Counted from the stretch's first letter, positions 9,461 through 19,549 are shown. The stretch: 64,000 nt of DNA from an uncultured bacterium (GCA_963702025.1 OY969699.1:1216001-1280000); one strand, 5' to 3'. Notes: generated from the sequence alone by a model not told the origin. Made by a program: numbers and translations.

Positions 9461-9547
9461 AAGTATTCACTTATTGATTAGAATAAGAAACAAATAAGGG
9501 ATGGCTAAGAGGCCATCCCCATTCATTATTGTTACATTCAAAATTAG

Positions 9548-10408
9548 TTATAACGAGCAACTACCATTTTCACAAGAACTCTTTTGCCCCTTTTCACGAT
9601 GCTCTTTAAAAACAGCATCAATCTTTTCAAAATTCTCACTCAACATCTTAAAGCGCATTACCATAGCGGCCGGATATTCAGCAAGATCAACTTCTTGAGG
9701 ATTACCGGGAAATACGCATTTGGTAGAAGCACCATTTTTCAACAAGAATTTCACCAACTCCGTAACTTCAATCCCGCTGGCCCCAAGCATAATGATTGCC
9801 AATCCAAGCGGTGTAAACCCTTGCGCAGATACCGCGTTAATATCAGCGCCGGCATCAATCAAACGTTGTAAAGCATCAAGCTCGGCCATACTTTGAACTG
9901 ATTGGATCAGTTTATCATTGAGTGTCTTTTGATCGAGAGAACGTAAATCTTTGGGCATGCTCAATGCTTGGGTGATGCGTTCCATTAGTGTTTCTTTTGT
10001 TTGTTGCCCAATTATTTTTTCAATTAAGGTGCCCGCACTAAAAATACCAATGGTCGGAATTGACATGATCTTACATTCTTGGGCAAACTCCTTGCACTCA
10101 TCAATGTTCACTGTCGCAAAAGTATATTTACCTTTGAGCTCGTCAGCAATCTCTTCAAATATCGGCTTCATCACTTTGCAAGGGCCGCACCATTCAGCAT
10201 AGAAATCAACAATCAGAATATTGGGTATGTTTTGAACAATTGTTTTAATGTTAGCAGGAGTAAGTTGTGTTACACTCGAATTTCTTTTTGGTTCCATAGG
10301 TTCAGCCTCCTTGGCAAGTGATGATTTTTGGCTATTTGTTTTAGCATTAAAAATAGAGATTGGAATTATAAGCACTAAAAGTATTGCAACTAAGAATAGT
10401 TTATTCAT
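9548..10408 (-). CDS. Thioredoxin-ankyrin fusion with N-terminal signal/anchor and C-terminal CENGSC tail
   Basis: VDFYAEWCGPCK, SIPT; LIDAGADINA...GFTPL ankyrin; GAGGGG RBS before ATG 10408. Confidence 0.85.
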   Translation of the reverse strand: MNKLFLVAILLVLIIPISIFNAKTNSQKSSLAKEAEPMEPKRNSSVTQLTPANIKTIVQNIPNILIVDFYAEWCGPCKVMKPIFEEIADELKGKYTFATVNIDECKEFAQECKIMSIPTIGIFSAGTLIEKIIGQQTKETLMERITQALSMPKDLRSLDQKTLNDKLIQSVQSMAELDALQRLIDAGADINAVSAQGFTPLGLAIIMLGASGIEVTELVKFLLKNGASTKCVFPGNPQEVDLAEYPAAMVMRFKMLSENFEKIDAVFKEHREKGQKSSCENGSCSL

Positions 10409-10520
10409 GATATCCCCCTCAGGAATTGGCGTTTTAAAAAGTATTTTATTTCTTTGTAAAAGCACATTTAGGCAAGTATACGCCCTTTTTTGCATTATTC
10501 AACGATCAAAAATGCTTTTA

Positions 10521-11738
10521 TTACTCTACAAAAGTGATCGCCTGCCCAATTTTATCAGCGCGCCCGGTACGGCCAATACGATGAATATAATCTTCATGAG
10601 TTTGTGGCAAATCGTAGTTGATCACATGCGAAACATCATCAATATCAATCCCGCGGGCGACCACGTCAGTAGCCAAAAGAATACGAACTCTATCATTTTT
10701 AAATGAGGCCAAAGCCCTGCTGCGCTGCGCCTGAGATTTATCACCATGAATGGTAGCAACCTCAAATCCCCGTTCGTTTAACATGCGTGCCAATTTATCA
10801 ACAGCACGCCGCGTGCGTAAAAAGATAATAACTTTTTTAAATTCCGGCTTAATCAGTAAATCATGCAGGAGATCAACTTTATTTTTCAAGCCGATCTTGA
10901 TCACTGTTTGATTTACATTTTCTGCCGTCTGACGCGTTTTAACACTGATAATCACCGGATTACGCAAAAAGCCGGACATAACCTCTTTAAGTGATGGCGG
11001 AATAGTGGCTGAGAAGAATAATGAGTGCCGTTTTTGCGGCAACTTACTAATAATGTATTTAATATCATTAATAAAGCCCATATCCACCATGGTGTCCACT
11101 TCATCAAGCACAATCGCATTGTATTTATGCAGGAGCAAAATTTTATCTTGTTCCAGATCCAATAATCTGCCCGGGGTGCCGATAACAAATTGCGGATGAT
11201 GAGAAAGATCTCTAATTTGGTGCATAATATTGAGCCCGCCAATGCATAATGCGGAACTGAGTCCGGTTTTGTGTGCAAAACTTTTAAACTCACCCTGAAT
11301 TTGGCTGGCCAGTTCACGCGTTGGGGTAACAATCAATACTCGATCCGTTTTTTTGGTGAGCACATCATTGATCAACGGAATTAAAAAAGCTGCAGTTTTA
11401 CCCGTGCCGGTATTTGCTGATGCGATAACATCCTTGCCTTGCAACAAAAGTGGAATCACCTGATCTTGAATCGGCGTTGGCGTGAGATACCCTTTATGGG
11501 CAATATTCTGTTTAATCTGATCTTCAATCAAAAAATCAGCAAAGGTGTTTTTGGGGATATAGGCATTGGCTACCACCTGCTCTTCAACCTTTTTCATGAA
11601 CATTGAAGGATCGAATTTTTTAATTACTCTCTTGGATTGTCCGCGCCCCTTGCCTCCCGGCTTATGTGAACCTGAACGCCATGATCCGGACTTATTGCCA
11701 AACCCTTTTGGCCCTTTTTTACTACGATTGAATGTCAT
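10521..11738 (-). CDS. DEAD-box RNA helicase
   Basis: Q motif PTPIQ, TGTGKT, PTRELA, TPGR, LDEVD, SAT, ARGID, HRIGRTGR. Confidence 0.95.
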   Translation of the reverse strand: MTFNRSKKGPKGFGNKSGSWRSGSHKPGGKGRGQSKRVIKKFDPSMFMKKVEEQVVANAYIPKNTFADFLIEDQIKQNIAHKGYLTPTPIQDQVIPLLLQGKDVIASANTGTGKTAAFLIPLINDVLTKKTDRVLIVTPTRELASQIQGEFKSFAHKTGLSSALCIGGLNIMHQIRDLSHHPQFVIGTPGRLLDLEQDKILLLHKYNAIVLDEVDTMVDMGFINDIKYIISKLPQKRHSLFFSATIPPSLKEVMSGFLRNPVIISVKTRQTAENVNQTVIKIGLKNKVDLLHDLLIKPEFKKVIIFLRTRRAVDKLARMLNERGFEVATIHGDKSQAQRSRALASFKNDRVRILLATDVVARGIDIDDVSHVINYDLPQTHEDYIHRIGRTGRADKIGQAITFVE

Positions 11739-11896
11739 GGAATATAACCTTCATTAAGGAATTAGCTGTTTTTGATTGAATACTATCAGTATGACCTATT
11801 TAGGCCCAACCAGCAATAAAAGGCTTAAAATGGCCCTAATTTGGTCAAAATACCCTTTTAGGGTCCTTTTTGCCCAAAAAGAGCTTAATTTCCCGC

Positions 11897-11924
11897 TTGA
11901 CATTCGCCTCATATTAATTACAAT
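11897..11924 (+). promoter_or_regulatory. Sigma70-type promoter for the effector array
   Basis: TTGACA-16 nt-TACAAT, preceded by a tract of alternating A/T runs and CCC/GGC motifs (11800-11895). Confidence 0.55.
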
Positions 11925-11964
11925 TAGAATATAGTTAAAAATTAAACCTAAAATGGGGTATTCA

Positions 11965-12528
11965 ATGAAAACTAAGCTCATATTCTGTCTCAGCGGGCTC
12001 ATGCTTGCAGGCAATGCTTTGCCTATGGAAAAGGCGCATGTTTTTTACAACTATAATGAAAGTGACGAAACGCTCAAAACATATCAAAGGCTTACAACAC
12101 ATCTGAGCGGACAGGAAACAGCCAATTCATATTTACAGCGTCTGCCAAATGACCTTTTAGAAATGGTGCAAACGTATCTACCTGAGAAAAAAGAAAGTGA
12201 CAAATTAGGAGCTTATTTAAAGATACTGAATCCTTTAAATCCTGAAAATAGAAATGCCTGTACAGCATCAATCTTTTATTCTTTAATCGGGCCAGCAGTC
12301 GCGTGGTATAATTTCATGTCGAGTAGAAATTCTTCGCAAGGTCGGTTGCAACCAACTAGCTTTTTATGTAGTCAAGCAATAGCAAACACTGGAATTTTAA
12401 TCTACCTTGTAGGGACATTAAACTTAAATCGAGAAATTCAAGGTTTGGTGTTTTTATTAGGGGCTTTGTATAACATACGCCACCATACTATAAATTTAGA
12501 AAAAGCCGCCCTCGGCTTGAATAAATGA
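11965..12528 (+). CDS. Secreted/membrane protein with F-box-like motif
   Basis: Signal peptide ALP-ME; YLQRLPNDLLEMVQTYL; hydrophobic C-terminal segments. Confidence 0.55.
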   Translation: MKTKLIFCLSGLMLAGNALPMEKAHVFYNYNESDETLKTYQRLTTHLSGQETANSYLQRLPNDLLEMVQTYLPEKKESDKLGAYLKILNPLNPENRNACTASIFYSLIGPAVAWYNFMSSRNSSQGRLQPTSFLCSQAIANTGILIYLVGTLNLNREIQGLVFLLGALYNIRHHTINLEKAALGLNK

Positions 12529-12545
12529 GGGCACAATGGAGAAAA
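12508..12545 (+). repeat. 38-bp gene-junction direct repeat, copy 1
   Basis: GCCCTCGGCTTGAATAAATGAGGGCACAATGGAGAAAA; 3 mismatches to 13523-13560. Confidence 0.85.
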
Positions 12546-12550
12546 CTAAT

Positions 12551-13540
12551 ATGATTACCAAAGAAAATATGAAAATAGTAAAGCAAGGTGGATTACTTTT
12601 ATTGCTCTTGCGCGCATTTTCAATGCACAGCATGATAATCGATCTTTCACATGTGAAAATAGAAAAGAGAGAAGATTGTGTCGCAGAAGAACCTCAGCAA
12701 AGAAATGATCCCAAAGGCAAAAAAGTCGGCAATTTTTACATTAGTGGTCACTGCATTACTAGATTAAGCCAGCGTAACGTTAGCCAAGAAGAAGCATCAT
12801 GGGTCGCAGGTCACGGGAATCGCCATATTACTGCAAAAGGTCAAAAGCTATGTGTCGATGTTAATAAAAAGATCGGTGTCATTCTCGATGATAAAACCAA
12901 TACAATTATCACTGTATTTATCAATATGGATCAAGAAGCTCTTGATCACTGGTTAGATATGACAAATAAAAAGAAAAAATCAGCAACAAGAAGCACGGAA
13001 CAGATAAAAACCGAGGATTGGATGAAAAAGCATGTTGGTGCCAATTCATCAACTCCAAATATCAAAATAGCTGAACATCAAGATGGAAAAACTATTGGAA
13101 AATATTTTTATTCCAATATCGCATTACAACGAATGCTCGAAAGAAAAATAACCCCTCAACAAGCAGCAATGATTATTAACTATGATAATCACTATAAAAC
13201 CTATAGCGGCGCAGAATTATGCGTTAACGTAGGAAGTAAATACGCTGTGTTAATAAATCCAAAAACAAACAACGTCTTATCAGTATTCAGAGGAATAGAT
13301 CAACGTAAATTAGATGATTGGATTATACGCAAAGATGCCGCTATTAAAGCAAGACAAGATAAGAAACTTAAAAATATGAAATTAATAAATAAGATGGCGA
13401 AGAAAAAACTTGAGGGAGATTCAAATGAATCCTTCTCAGTCAACGTTGACCAAAATCTTCCTTTCAGAGAATATTTAGATTTAGAAGAAAAATTAGTAAA
13501 TAAAGGCAAAAAAATAAAACCTGCCCTCGGCTTGAATTAA
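12551..13540 (+). CDS. Secreted protein with two tandem DUF4258/RelE-colicin E5-like RNase-type domains
   Basis: ISGHCITRLSQRNVS...GVILDDKTNTIITVF and YSNIALQRMLERKIT...AVLINPKTNNVLSVF. Confidence 0.7.
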   Translation: MITKENMKIVKQGGLLLLLLRAFSMHSMIIDLSHVKIEKREDCVAEEPQQRNDPKGKKVGNFYISGHCITRLSQRNVSQEEASWVAGHGNRHITAKGQKLCVDVNKKIGVILDDKTNTIITVFINMDQEALDHWLDMTNKKKKSATRSTEQIKTEDWMKKHVGANSSTPNIKIAEHQDGKTIGKYFYSNIALQRMLERKITPQQAAMIINYDNHYKTYSGAELCVNVGSKYAVLINPKTNNVLSVFRGIDQRKLDDWIIRKDAAIKARQDKKLKNMKLINKMAKKKLEGDSNESFSVNVDQNLPFREYLDLEEKLVNKGKKIKPALGLN

Positions 13541-13560
13541 TGAGGACAAAATGGAGAAAA
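13523..13560 (+). repeat. 38-bp gene-junction direct repeat, copy 2
   Basis: GCCCTCGGCTTGAATTAATGAGGACAAAATGGAGAAAA. Confidence 0.85.
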
Positions 13561-13562
13561 TT

Positions 13563-14381
13563 ATGAAAAAGAATTTATTACTTATTACCGCTCTGGTTAG
13601 CGCTTTAGGCACCCCTGTATTGAGCATGGAAAAACCGGAACCCAATGTAGCAAATAAACCTGCCGCTAAGCCTAATGTTCGCATAAATTATATCGATGTT
13701 GATGAAACACCGATAACCAATCACGCAGGGAGCAACTTGCGTTATTATGGCGAATACCGCGCTCGCAAATTAGAAAATGGCATTGTGTCATTTCCGGTAA
13801 ATGCGTGTGATCCGCTACCATTGAACACATTTGGTAATAAAATTAGATATTTTTTTCTTTCAGCAACGGGAGGAAATAATCTTGTTCCAGGAGCACCTGT
13901 CAAAGTAGATGACCCTACTCTCACCAACATTGTTGTAGTGCGAGGAAAAAATGAAATATTTGGGCAACGAATTGAAGCATACCTTGGATACAATAACAAT
14001 GATTTTAAAACTAAGGGCAAAAATAAAATTTGCGTTGCAAAATTACTTGCATTAAATACGAAAGACACCCGATATGCTTTAACAATACCCTACTTTTTCC
14101 AACCGGCAATAGGATGTTTAAATCTGATGGAACTAACACGAGAAATAAAAAATCATTTAGAAAACATTAAAGACTGGGATTGGAAAAGCCCTGAATTTAG
14201 AAAAGTTATGCATAAACTTTTAGGGAAAGAATGGACACTGTATGAATCTCCACATGATAACAACAACTGGTCATTTGGCAATGATGAAGCAGTAATAGCA
14301 AATGGTAAATTTCATACATACAAAGTTTATTGGACATTAGATCAAAACAAGCTAAAAGGTATCACTTACCAGAAAAAATAA
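13563..14381 (+). CDS. Secreted hypothetical protein
   Basis: Long ORF, GGAG RBS, signal peptide VLS-ME. Confidence 0.7.
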   Translation: MKKNLLLITALVSALGTPVLSMEKPEPNVANKPAAKPNVRINYIDVDETPITNHAGSNLRYYGEYRARKLENGIVSFPVNACDPLPLNTFGNKIRYFFLSATGGNNLVPGAPVKVDDPTLTNIVVVRGKNEIFGQRIEAYLGYNNNDFKTKGKNKICVAKLLALNTKDTRYALTIPYFFQPAIGCLNLMELTREIKNHLENIKDWDWKSPEFRKVMHKLLGKEWTLYESPHDNNNWSFGNDEAVIANGKFHTYKVYWTLDQNKLKGITYQKK

Positions 14382-14405
14382 TTTTAAAAATATATGGAGA
14401 AAACT

Positions 14406-16211
14406 ATGAAAAAGAATTTATTATTTTGTATCAGTTTTATTGTAAGTTGCTCTGCATTTGCAATGCAGCTTCCTCGCGGAAAAAACCTAGATGAGCTTAT
14501 TTCACTGCCATTAAATCAGTTTGAAATGGAATTAAAAAATAATCATGCCCTACTCAATCAGCGCGACGATCAAGGTAAATCATTATTAGTCAAAGCAATA
14601 GAGCAAGAGAAAATCGCCCATATAAAAACTCTATTAACCACCGGCGCAAATCCGTGGATAAAAGACAAGAATAATGAATGTGCAGTGCATGCGATCGGCA
14701 AAGTGGGCAACCTTGAAATTGCCCGCCTTATTATACGAAAACATGCAGAAGATCCTAACTGGAAAGAGATCAATGCGCTTGGCGCAGGACAAAATCCATG
14801 TTCCTATGCAAATCAATATAAACATTATGGCTGCGCAACTTTTCTTTGGAATTATAATCGAAACAAAGATAAAAACCCTTTGTTTCAAGCATTGATGTAT
14901 GGGGATTTGCATACTTTAGATTCATTGCTCGACACAGAATCTAAGGTTAATGAGGAAGTATCAGCAGATTTTAATGTTTCATGTTTACCATTAGCTTGGG
15001 CTGTATACTTAGAAGATGAATCGCTGGTGGACTATTTGCTAAAAAAAGGAGCAAAAATATATCTCAAAGATTGCGGCATAAGTCCATGGCAATGTGCAGC
15101 ACATTCGCCGCGCATCAAAAAATTAATGCAAAAGTACGACAATAGTATGCAAATACGAGATGAGTTTTTCAAAGCAATAATAGAAGAAGACGTTGGCATT
15201 ATCAAGCATCATCTTAATAAAAATGGGGCAAAGTTGATTCCAATGTTACGATTCGAACAAAATAGTCCCTTACAAATCGCGATAATAGCCGGCAAAGTGA
15301 AAAGCCTCGATATTTTATGGAAAAGATTGCCCAAGTCGTTGTTTACAACCCAACAACATCAAGCACCTCTCTTGTTTCTTGCTTGCACACAGAACAAAAA
15401 AGAAATTATTCAGTACCTTGGAAATCTAAACGGATTAACAGGAATTAATCCCAAATTTGATTATTTAGCTGAATATTGGCCTTTCCGTTACTACATTTCT
15501 GACGACATTAAACAAGAAATATTCGCTCTGTTCAATAAATATGAAAAAGGTTTTTCTGAAAATAACCCTCAGGAATATATTACTCACGCAGCGCGCTATA
15601 GAAGAATAGAATTAATCAATAAAGCATTGGAATTAGGAGCAAACGTTAATGGGTATGGACTTAAAAAGGGTCTTACTGCTCTTCATTGGGCTTGCATTAA
15701 GGGAGATCCAAATGCAATTGCATATTTATTAAATAGAGGTGCGAATCCAAATATAACTGATGGTGAAAAAAAAAGAAGTTGTTTTCGCTTAATGTTGAGA
15801 ATGCATGAGACATCACTCAAAAAGAAAGGTGAACAATTATCAACAAGTGCATTATTACCTTGCTATTTTCTGCTAATATGCAGTGGTGCTAACCCTAAAA
15901 TTAAAGATATTTATGGCGATGACATTTTTGATTGGATTAAATGCCAAAAAATGACCGCTGTCGAAAAAGATTTAATTGTCGAAATTTTATGCTTAGACAG
16001 CACTTCAAAAAAACAATGTAGAGTTATTTTAACTAAAATCAAAGAATTTCAAGAAACAGAACACAAAAATGCTTTAAATGCTGGTGATGAAAGGAAAGCC
16101 ACTGCCATTAAGTCATGTTTTGTTGCTGAAAATAATCAATATATGAGTATGTTAATAGGAAAATCAAAGAATGATGCTTTCAAAGATATCTATGAAAAAT
16201 ATATTGATTAA
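14406..16211 (+). CDS. Secreted ankyrin repeat protein
   Basis: Signal peptide AFA-MQ; GKSLLVKA, GLTALHWAC...LLNRGANPN repeats. Confidence 0.9.
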   Translation: MKKNLLFCISFIVSCSAFAMQLPRGKNLDELISLPLNQFEMELKNNHALLNQRDDQGKSLLVKAIEQEKIAHIKTLLTTGANPWIKDKNNECAVHAIGKVGNLEIARLIIRKHAEDPNWKEINALGAGQNPCSYANQYKHYGCATFLWNYNRNKDKNPLFQALMYGDLHTLDSLLDTESKVNEEVSADFNVSCLPLAWAVYLEDESLVDYLLKKGAKIYLKDCGISPWQCAAHSPRIKKLMQKYDNSMQIRDEFFKAIIEEDVGIIKHHLNKNGAKLIPMLRFEQNSPLQIAIIAGKVKSLDILWKRLPKSLFTTQQHQAPLLFLACTQNKKEIIQYLGNLNGLTGINPKFDYLAEYWPFRYYISDDIKQEIFALFNKYEKGFSENNPQEYITHAARYRRIELINKALELGANVNGYGLKKGLTALHWACIKGDPNAIAYLLNRGANPNITDGEKKRSCFRLMLRMHETSLKKKGEQLSTSALLPCYFLLICSGANPKIKDIYGDDIFDWIKCQKMTAVEKDLIVEILCLDSTSKKQCRVILTKIKEFQETEHKNALNAGDERKATAIKSCFVAENNQYMSMLIGKSKNDAFKDIYEKYID

Positions 16212-16311
16212 TTAAATACGCATTTCATATCAATTGAAATCTTAAAACTATTGCATACCTACAGTAATCAATACTACTATTAAGGTAAAGTTTTTCTTTA
16301 AGGAGTATCCG

Positions 16312-17736
16312 ATGCTTTCTCTAAAAAAAATTCTACTATTTAGCTTTATTTTGATAAATCAGCAAAACCCTCTATATGCAATGGAACTTTCTGAGAAACC
16401 TTTCAAAACGGCATTAAGCGAAAATGATAGCGATCTTCTTAGCGCATTTTTAACTAATTATAGAAGTCGCAGTTTCTTCTCTTCAAGATCAACCCAAGAC
16501 CTGGAGAAAATAATATCTATTTCCTATGACATTCTGGATGATCCAAGAGAACTTGAAAACATTAGCGGCTATGCATTACCGATCATCTATAGCGAAATAT
16601 TAAATGAAATAATAGCAAACGCGACCTTAGAACTAGAAAAAAGAAATTCTAATGAAGCTGAGATAAAAAATATTTTACCCATATTAAAGCCAAGTGGCGG
16701 CGTTACACCCAAAAAAGAACCTCCTGCTCCCGTGCTAAAATCAAGCGGTGCTAAACCCAAACAAATAGCTCCTTCAGGGAGCAAAATTGCTCTCAAAAAA
16801 ATTATACAAGCAGAAATCAAGGGCGAAATCGACTATCTGAGTACACGCTCTAACTATACTTTAGAGAAAGCGATAGAACTAGTAAATGAAACTCTTAATA
16901 ATAATGCGGCATTCACCGCTCTTAAAAAAGAACTCGGCCTACCGAAAGAGCAATTAAGATCTGTTCTAGAAAGAATAAAACAAAAAGCCTCGATCGCATT
17001 ACGGCTCGCTCAAAATAAAGCCCAAATACCTTTGCAAGAAAAAAGAATTCCAGAAAAAATTCTAGCCACCGCACCAATAATACCTGCAATAGTCAAACAG
17101 GAAGAACCTGAAGAAGAAGTGCAAGCCAATCAATTATATATCGGACTCGATGTGAAAGAATTTAACAGTAACGGGCAACCTATTCGGTGGCAAGATTCAA
17201 TTGATGCGATGCAAGCTCAAATCAAAGATGCAGATTTTGTCCCAAATGATTATTTTCATATTACCATTGCATGGTATGAGGCAAAAAATCCATTAACACC
17301 GGAAATAATTGCACGGGTGGAACGCGCGCTTGCCAATGCATCACAAATATTAAAAATCGTATTTCCGCAAGGCGTTACCGGCATTGCACTGCTTGACAGT
17401 GCTGTTTTGTTGGGCAATAAAAACGCAACCGTAGCATTTAGAGTTGCCGAATCGGCTGATCTAAAAAAACTGCAAGATATCTTACTTAAGTTCCTCTCAT
17501 TTGAGAATATAGGAGACTTCAAATTTAATACGTTCGAAAAAGACACTCCAATTCATGTAACACTAGGCAAAATACGATCAAAATCGACACGGCAATATCA
17601 AAATGCTGCAGCAAACTTGCATGCCCCTGAAGGCGCTCGCGCATCGCAAAAGCAAAGTTTTACTATCAATACTTTCAGATTAACCTATTCTTTAGCCGGA
17701 CAAGCATGGCAGGAGAAAATGTCATATAAATTTTAA
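16312..17736 (+). CDS. Secreted protein with C-terminal 2H phosphoesterase domain
   Basis: Two HxT motifs (FHITI, IHVTL) about 100 aa apart; signal peptide LYA-ME. Confidence 0.75.
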   Translation: MLSLKKILLFSFILINQQNPLYAMELSEKPFKTALSENDSDLLSAFLTNYRSRSFFSSRSTQDLEKIISISYDILDDPRELENISGYALPIIYSEILNEIIANATLELEKRNSNEAEIKNILPILKPSGGVTPKKEPPAPVLKSSGAKPKQIAPSGSKIALKKIIQAEIKGEIDYLSTRSNYTLEKAIELVNETLNNNAAFTALKKELGLPKEQLRSVLERIKQKASIALRLAQNKAQIPLQEKRIPEKILATAPIIPAIVKQEEPEEEVQANQLYIGLDVKEFNSNGQPIRWQDSIDAMQAQIKDADFVPNDYFHITIAWYEAKNPLTPEIIARVERALANASQILKIVFPQGVTGIALLDSAVLLGNKNATVAFRVAESADLKKLQDILLKFLSFENIGDFKFNTFEKDTPIHVTLGKIRSKSTRQYQNAAANLHAPEGARASQKQSFTINTFRLTYSLAGQAWQEKMSYKF

Positions 17737-17840
17737 GGAACTAATTCTTTTCAAAAAAATATAAAATCATATACTTTTGATCTACGGGTAGGATGAAACA
17801 ATTTAAAAATATTTACACCACAAGCAGAAAGGCCTATGCC

Positions 17841-19484
17841 ATGCAATTTTTAACCATACTTCCTTTAACACTACTTTGTTCCGCACTTCTTCTTCCGGCA
17901 ATGGAAATCCCAAACAAAAAACCATCATCAAAAAAACCAGAAAGCAACCCTCTCCTTATGATGATGCTTATTGGGGAAGGTAGACCTCATGATGCATTAC
18001 TTCTTAAAGCAATGGATTCTGATGATCCAAAAGAAGCGTACGGGATTCTTGACGGGTTAACCGAACTTAATTCAAATGAAAAATGGCACGCGGGAGCCCT
18101 AATATATAAGGGCCAAATGCTTGCAAAAGGTGAAGGTGTAAAGCAAGACAGAAATGCAGCACTTGATTGTTATCTAGCTTGTTATAAAAAGCACCGTGAT
18201 CCAATGGCATTGCTTACCATTGGCAATCACTATGAAGAAGAATCAAAAACAGCTGATGAATTTGAAAAAGCAGCCGGCTATTTCAAAAAAGCGTTCGCAA
18301 ACGGCACTGGTGATCCCATGGCAGGCTATCGTTATGCGCGCCTTATCTATAATGAAAATATCAAACCGGAACATGAAGAGGTAACGGATATACTCAAGTA
18401 TGCGGCTCCCGCTGTAGTCAACTCTATAACAGAGGCCCTCTATTTATTTGCTTCAACATTGCTCGATAATAATCATGATTCATTTGCTGAACTTGGCTTA
18501 CCAGCATTTTTACAAGCAGCCAAGCAAGGTGATGCCTTTTCTGCCCTGCAATTGGGAATTTTTTACAAAAATGGTTTATATGTACCAAAAGATAAAGAAT
18601 TTGCGCAAGCTATCTTTAATAAAGCATTAGCCACGGAAGATACCCCACTCAACATGACAGCAAAAGCATACATGTACAAACATGGGTTAGGGGTTGCAAA
18701 AGATACCGTTAAAGCAAAAAAACTTCTTGATGAGGCACGTCCATCACTGGATGCAAATCAGAGCTTTATTGATAATCTTTTTTGCAGCGAAGATGATAAG
18801 CTGACTGCGATTTCTGATCCAGCAATGCTACGCACCCAACCAATAGCTGCACAAGAGGTAAATCAACCCGTTCTGCCCAAACCGACTCAAATTGTGGAAT
18901 CCAAAGAACCAACAGATCTTAAGATTGAAAAACCGGTTCAAAAGAATGATGAAAAAAAGGATGCACTCATTGTTCCCATAAAAAAAGAGATCTCTCATAA
19001 AACTCTACTCGATAAATGCAATGAGCTTTCGCTTAAGCAAGATGGCAGCTCATTGGAAATCGATATAAAAAATAACAAAATCTTTGTTCATGATCCACAA
19101 TATAAGAATGAATTTATTGTTCCATTTGAAGAGGCTGAATTTCAACACAATGCAAATATTGTTCAATTTATGTACGACAAACGAATAAAAGCATGGTTTA
19201 CCAAAACGTTAAAAAAACTAAAGGCTGATCCTGAGATTCGATGGAAAATCAGCACCCACCGGTTTGGCAAAGCAGTTGACTATCTTATGCAATTGGTTGG
19301 CCTAAAAAATCCTTTTGTTGGTAAGAAAAAAGATAATGATCGTTTATTGCATGAAGCTGAATCGATAACGCAAAAAAATCGAGGCCATTTTGAATATACC
19401 TTTAGAAAACAAGGCGCAAATGCAATTCTTTACCATCGCCATTATCGACCTTATAAAGCTGAACCTAAAGAAAAACCAAAATAA
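17841..19484 (+). CDS. Secreted Sel1-repeat protein with C-terminal HxF...FE...YHR domain
   Basis: GEGVKQD..AA, LGIFYKNGLYVPKD, MYKHGLGVAKD Sel1 repeats; YDKRIKAWF...HRFGKAVD...GHFEYTF...YHRHYRP. Confidence 0.8.
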   Translation: MQFLTILPLTLLCSALLLPAMEIPNKKPSSKKPESNPLLMMMLIGEGRPHDALLLKAMDSDDPKEAYGILDGLTELNSNEKWHAGALIYKGQMLAKGEGVKQDRNAALDCYLACYKKHRDPMALLTIGNHYEEESKTADEFEKAAGYFKKAFANGTGDPMAGYRYARLIYNENIKPEHEEVTDILKYAAPAVVNSITEALYLFASTLLDNNHDSFAELGLPAFLQAAKQGDAFSALQLGIFYKNGLYVPKDKEFAQAIFNKALATEDTPLNMTAKAYMYKHGLGVAKDTVKAKKLLDEARPSLDANQSFIDNLFCSEDDKLTAISDPAMLRTQPIAAQEVNQPVLPKPTQIVESKEPTDLKIEKPVQKNDEKKDALIVPIKKEISHKTLLDKCNELSLKQDGSSLEIDIKNNKIFVHDPQYKNEFIVPFEEAEFQHNANIVQFMYDKRIKAWFTKTLKKLKADPEIRWKISTHRFGKAVDYLMQLVGLKNPFVGKKKDNDRLLHEAESITQKNRGHFEYTFRKQGANAILYHRHYRPYKAEPKEKPK

Positions 19485-19549
19485 AACATACCGCCAAGAT
19501 TGGATCTAATTACTTCGAATCAATTTAATTGTTGTTTTTAGGAAACACT

